Source: Thermoplasmatales archaeon
Lineage (GTDB): Archaea; Thermoplasmatota; Thermoplasmata; Thermoplasmatales; Thermoplasmataceae
Direction of reading: 5' to 3'
Length of the DNA stretch: 64,000 bases
NCBI GenBank assembly: GCA_027310185.1
Contig: DAIDBH010000010.1
Coordinates: forward strand, 1-64,000
The translations under genes were made by a program, and so were the position numbers. The notes below the pieces were generated by a model. That model was given only the letters and a program-made list of their open reading frames with translations, had not been told where the DNA came from and did not search any database. Shown piece after piece: positions 60,796-64,000 of this stretch (its first letter is position 1; the number at the start of each line of letters is the position of its first letter).

Positions 60796-61647
60796 ATGAA
60801 CAGGACACTAGCAGTTGCAAGATATCAGGCATTGTTGGATCTAAAAGCGGTGAAAACATATGTATTGTTAGCTATAGTTGTATTTCTTTCCCTGTCTTAT
60901 GATTATCTGCTCCCAAAATTTGCTTCTGGTTACTTTTTTGTTTATGTGAGAACCACATCTGCATGGATGTATACCACTTCAGAAATCTTTACGACTATAA
61001 TAACCGGACTAATGGCACTATTTGTAGGAGGAATGCTTGGGACAGATGTCATGGCAGAGGAATTTGAAAATGGTACAATTTCTAAGTTGTTTTCCCTGCC
61101 ATTACATCGTAGTGAAATCTACCTTGGGAAACTTCTTGAAAAGTTTTTGCTCTCTTTATTGTATGGGTTGTTATTCATTACCATTTCCATTGCCTGTGCA
61201 TATATCTTATCAGGCCAGCAGGGTTATTTTGTATGGTCCCCTGTATTCCTGCTTGGGTTAACACTTCTACTTATTGGATTCGCATCACTAGGATTCCTCC
61301 TTGGGACTTTTATCAGGCAAACTTCCTTTGTTTTTGGGATACTCTTTGGTATATGGGTACTATTCACGGTAGTTTATGGCATTGTTACTCTGAAGGGTGG
61401 CACATTGTACGAAACCTTCGCAATTCCATTTGTAAATATGTCTCTGATTCCAGCCGCAATCCATGTTTACATAATCGACCCAAATAAAGTACTTCACTTT
61501 TCTTATACTGCATTAAACTCCACTACGAAATTAAATGTGCAGGCATGGAAATTTGCAGCATTAATCATTTCTTCTGCCTCAATTGAAGTATTTTTCATTT
61601 TGTTGGCAGGCTTCATCAAATTCCGTAAAATGGAATTGAAGGGATGA
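60796..61647 (+). CDS. ABC-2 type exporter permease
   Basis: AEEFENGTI..L.SLP..R.EIYLGK; six TM helices. Confidence 0.88.
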   Translation: MNRTLAVARYQALLDLKAVKTYVLLAIVVFLSLSYDYLLPKFASGYFFVYVRTTSAWMYTTSEIFTTIITGLMALFVGGMLGTDVMAEEFENGTISKLFSLPLHRSEIYLGKLLEKFLLSLLYGLLFITISIACAYILSGQQGYFVWSPVFLLGLTLLLIGFASLGFLLGTFIRQTSFVFGILFGIWVLFTVVYGIVTLKGGTLYETFAIPFVNMSLIPAAIHVYIIDPNKVLHFSYTALNSTTKLNVQAWKFAALIISSASIEVFFILLAGFIKFRKMELKG

Positions 61648-62591
61648 TGAAAATGGAAGCGTTAACTGTAGAAAATCTGAGTAAAATCTATTCAAACGGG
61701 AAAGGAATAAGAGAGGTAAATCTGAATGTTGAAAAGGGAAAAATACACGCCTTGCTGGGAAACAATGGCGCGGGGAAGAGCACAACCATGAAATGTATTA
61801 TGGGTATAATATTTCCTGAAAACGGAAGGATAGAAATAGATGGTGAAGAACTCATAAACAACAATCCAAAGGTAAAATCCCGAATTGGGTACTCATCAGA
61901 TATTCCATCTTTTCCCAGAAATTTAACGGGGAAGGAGTGCATGCAAACTTATGGGTATTTGAAGGGACTGGACAAAGCAGAGATTAAGAATGATACGAAC
62001 AATTTATTGGAGGAAGTTGATCTACTGGATGTTTCAGAAATAAAGGTTTCAAAGTACAGTAGAGGCATGATGCAAAGACTTGATCTTGCTGTTGCCATGC
62101 TGGGTAACCCAGATTTGCTAATTCTTGATGAACCTACAGCAGGTCTGGATCCATCTTCCGCCTCCAAATTAAGATATTTATTAAGAGAATTCGTTTCAGA
62201 AGGTAAGACTGTTCTACTCTCAGATCATCAGCTTACTGAAGTTGAGAAGTTATGTTCAAATGCGACAATTATAGATGGGGGTCGAACAGTGTTGCAGTCT
62301 AAAATGTCTGATCTTCTAAAAAACATGAAAGGGAGCTTCAAATATGTTGCAGAATTTTCTTTTTTAAACGATGAGATCATCAAGCTCATTGGTAAAATAG
62401 AGGGTGTTGTCAGTGTAGACATCGACAAAAATTTAAGAAATGTCATCTCTATCTATACTGAAAAACAGAATGGATATTTTGATGAAATTACAAGAATTTC
62501 TAGAAACACTGGAAGTTCTCTGTATTCATTAACCGAGGGCAAGATTTCACTGGAGGATATATTTCTATCAATTGTCAACAACGAAAAATAG
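61644..62591 (+). CDS. ABC transporter ATP-binding protein
   Basis: GNNGAGKST, YSRGM.QR, LILDEPTAGLDP, SDH. Confidence 0.94.
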   Translation: MMKMEALTVENLSKIYSNGKGIREVNLNVEKGKIHALLGNNGAGKSTTMKCIMGIIFPENGRIEIDGEELINNNPKVKSRIGYSSDIPSFPRNLTGKECMQTYGYLKGLDKAEIKNDTNNLLEEVDLLDVSEIKVSKYSRGMMQRLDLAVAMLGNPDLLILDEPTAGLDPSSASKLRYLLREFVSEGKTVLLSDHQLTEVEKLCSNATIIDGGRTVLQSKMSDLLKNMKGSFKYVAEFSFLNDEIIKLIGKIEGVVSVDIDKNLRNVISIYTEKQNGYFDEITRISRNTGSSLYSLTEGKISLEDIFLSIVNNEK

Positions 62592-62718
62592 ATGTCAAAC
62601 CAAATAAATATTTATGCATCATCTTCGTCATTACAAGAGGAGAAATAGAACAAAGTTGAACAAGAAATGGGAAACGTGAAAAAAAGGAATGTACTAGGGG
62701 AAAGTTAAACGAAGGCTA

Positions 62719-63462
62719 ATGAGGTACAGTAATATGGATGAAGATGTAGAGGACTCCACTCAAATATTGATGTCCGTGATGCAAATAAATGATCACGTTC
62801 TAGGGTTTCAAAATTATGTAATGCGACGGGTTTGGGGTATACTGTTTGGATTAATTGCAATTCTGGTTTTAGTTGACATTATATTTCTGCCACTAATCAG
62901 TTTTTTCATTAGTCCCGGTTATTGGATCAAAGCTCTAAACCAGGCAGTTCAGATAGGGACTTTCTTCCTGGTGATTTTTTATTGGTTCAGATTATTTGAG
63001 AATTTCAAGAGGATAGTTAAATTCAGGGAACGCACTGCTCAGAATCCTTCCTATCGGAACAGAAACAGAACAAAAGCTTGGAGAAATGTCATCCTCGGGT
63101 TATTTCTTCTATCTATTTTTGCAGCAATAGCTGTAAATATAATAGATATCCCCTTAAAAGGTGTAATATCTAACATAATCTTCATGCTCGTTTATTTGAT
63201 CTTTGATATTATACTCCTTCAGGGTCTTCTTAACACATTCGGAAAGGTCCCTTTTGAAGGATATACAGTCTTCTTTTCATATTTAGTTTTAGTAATTTTC
63301 AGCATCTTTAGTTCTATTGCAAGCACATATGTTTCTACAGTAAAGATACCAGAAATTGTCGCGTATCTAATAGTATGTGTTGTTCTATCAATTCTGCTGC
63401 TAAGTTCCTTCAGTTTTATTTATCATGCTCCAGATTACTTGGAGGGATTAAATGGGCAGTGA
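62719..63462 (+). CDS. Hypothetical membrane protein
   Basis: About six TM helices; overlaps the downstream regulator. Confidence 0.7.
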   Translation: MRYSNMDEDVEDSTQILMSVMQINDHVLGFQNYVMRRVWGILFGLIAILVLVDIIFLPLISFFISPGYWIKALNQAVQIGTFFLVIFYWFRLFENFKRIVKFRERTAQNPSYRNRNRTKAWRNVILGLFLLSIFAAIAVNIIDIPLKGVISNIIFMLVYLIFDIILLQGLLNTFGKVPFEGYTVFFSYLVLVIFSIFSSIASTYVSTVKIPEIVAYLIVCVVLSILLLSSFSFIYHAPDYLEGLNGQ

Positions 63463-63847
63463 ACCTGTTGATCCGGATAGCTTCAGGCGTTTCATTCTCT
63501 CTCAACTCGCAGAGGAGATAACCACAACACCTTTCAAATCTTCCATAAGACTTATTATAATCATGTCTCTTGGTATAGGTAAGAGAATGAGACTTACAGA
63601 TCTTATGAAACTTACTGGATGTGGGAAGGGGAGCATTTCAAACCATATTAACAAACTTGAGAAGTTTGGATTTGTAACTACTCGCGACGTTTCCATATTC
63701 ACCTCACCACGTATAGTTGTTGAAATAACGAACAAAGGTGAGGAATTTTATAACAGCTACCTTGATATGCTTGAAAGAATAATAAACGGTTCGAATCAAG
63801 TTTCCAGTGATAAGACAAGCACAGACCCGAAATCTGGAGGCAGTTGA
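63452..63847 (+). CDS. Winged-helix transcriptional regulator (ArsR/MarR-like)
   Basis: IRL.I..SL, L..LTG..KGSISNH..KLE..GFV, EIT.KG. Confidence 0.85.
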   Translation: MGSEPVDPDSFRRFILSQLAEEITTTPFKSSIRLIIIMSLGIGKRMRLTDLMKLTGCGKGSISNHINKLEKFGFVTTRDVSIFTSPRIVVEITNKGEEFYNSYLDMLERIINGSNQVSSDKTSTDPKSGGS

Positions 63848-63940
63848 AGTTTAGATCAATTCATTCTGCAACATTAGATTTATCATTTCATATCAAGTAG
63901 GATGATAATTCAAGGTTTCTTGCTTCATAAAGTAAAAAAG

Positions 63941-64000
63941 AGCCACTGGAGGGATTTGAACCCCCGACCTGCTGATTACAAATCAGCTGCTCTACCTACT
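63941..64000 (-). tRNA. tRNA-Thr(UGU), 5' end beyond the window
   Basis: Reverse complement: ...AGTAGGTAGAGCA GCTGA-TTTGTAA-TCAGC AGGTC GGGGGTTCAAATCCCT CCAGTGGC T. Confidence 0.92.

Noticed and set aside
1-64000. CRISPR array, rRNA genes, provirus, replication origin
   Set aside because: No regularly spaced direct repeats, rRNA-like sequence, viral hallmark genes, ORB boxes or cdc6 seen

Overview
Gene-dense chromosomal segment of an archaeon, most likely Thermoplasmatales. This is inferred from tricorn protease plus an F2/F3-type aminopeptidase, archaeal MAT, DTD2, Tsr3, Hjc, presenilin homologue, split MetE, tRNAs without encoded CCA and TATA-box/leaderless promoters. Most of it is housekeeping: valS, purH, topA, gad, glyA, pdxT, gcvT, nrdJ, metF/metE, dapB, two acyl-CoA synthetases, aroQ-tyrA-aroF, tRNA-Leu(GAG) and a truncated tRNA-Thr(UGU). 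Signals not explained by the ORF track: (1) a textbook dual-guide box C/D sRNA at 31340-31401(-); (2) a 39-aa, 9-Cys metallothionein-like microprotein divergent from a COG4280-type putative metal transporter; (3) a coupled three-gene operon (ThrC-like PLP enzyme, DUF1611, MurL/QueC-like ATP pyrophosphatase) next to D-aminoacyl-tRNA deacylase, suggesting an uncharacterised D-amino-acid pathway; (4) an internally deleted IS200/IS605 element with both ends kept, sitting in a protease promoter; (5) perfect palindromic operators in front of nrdJ, the aro operon and an ABC exporter; (6) a Phe-Tyr uORF or frameshift at the start of chorismate mutase; (7) several unannotated small ORFs and degenerate-enzyme proteins. 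All family calls come from motif recognition by eye; no searches were run.
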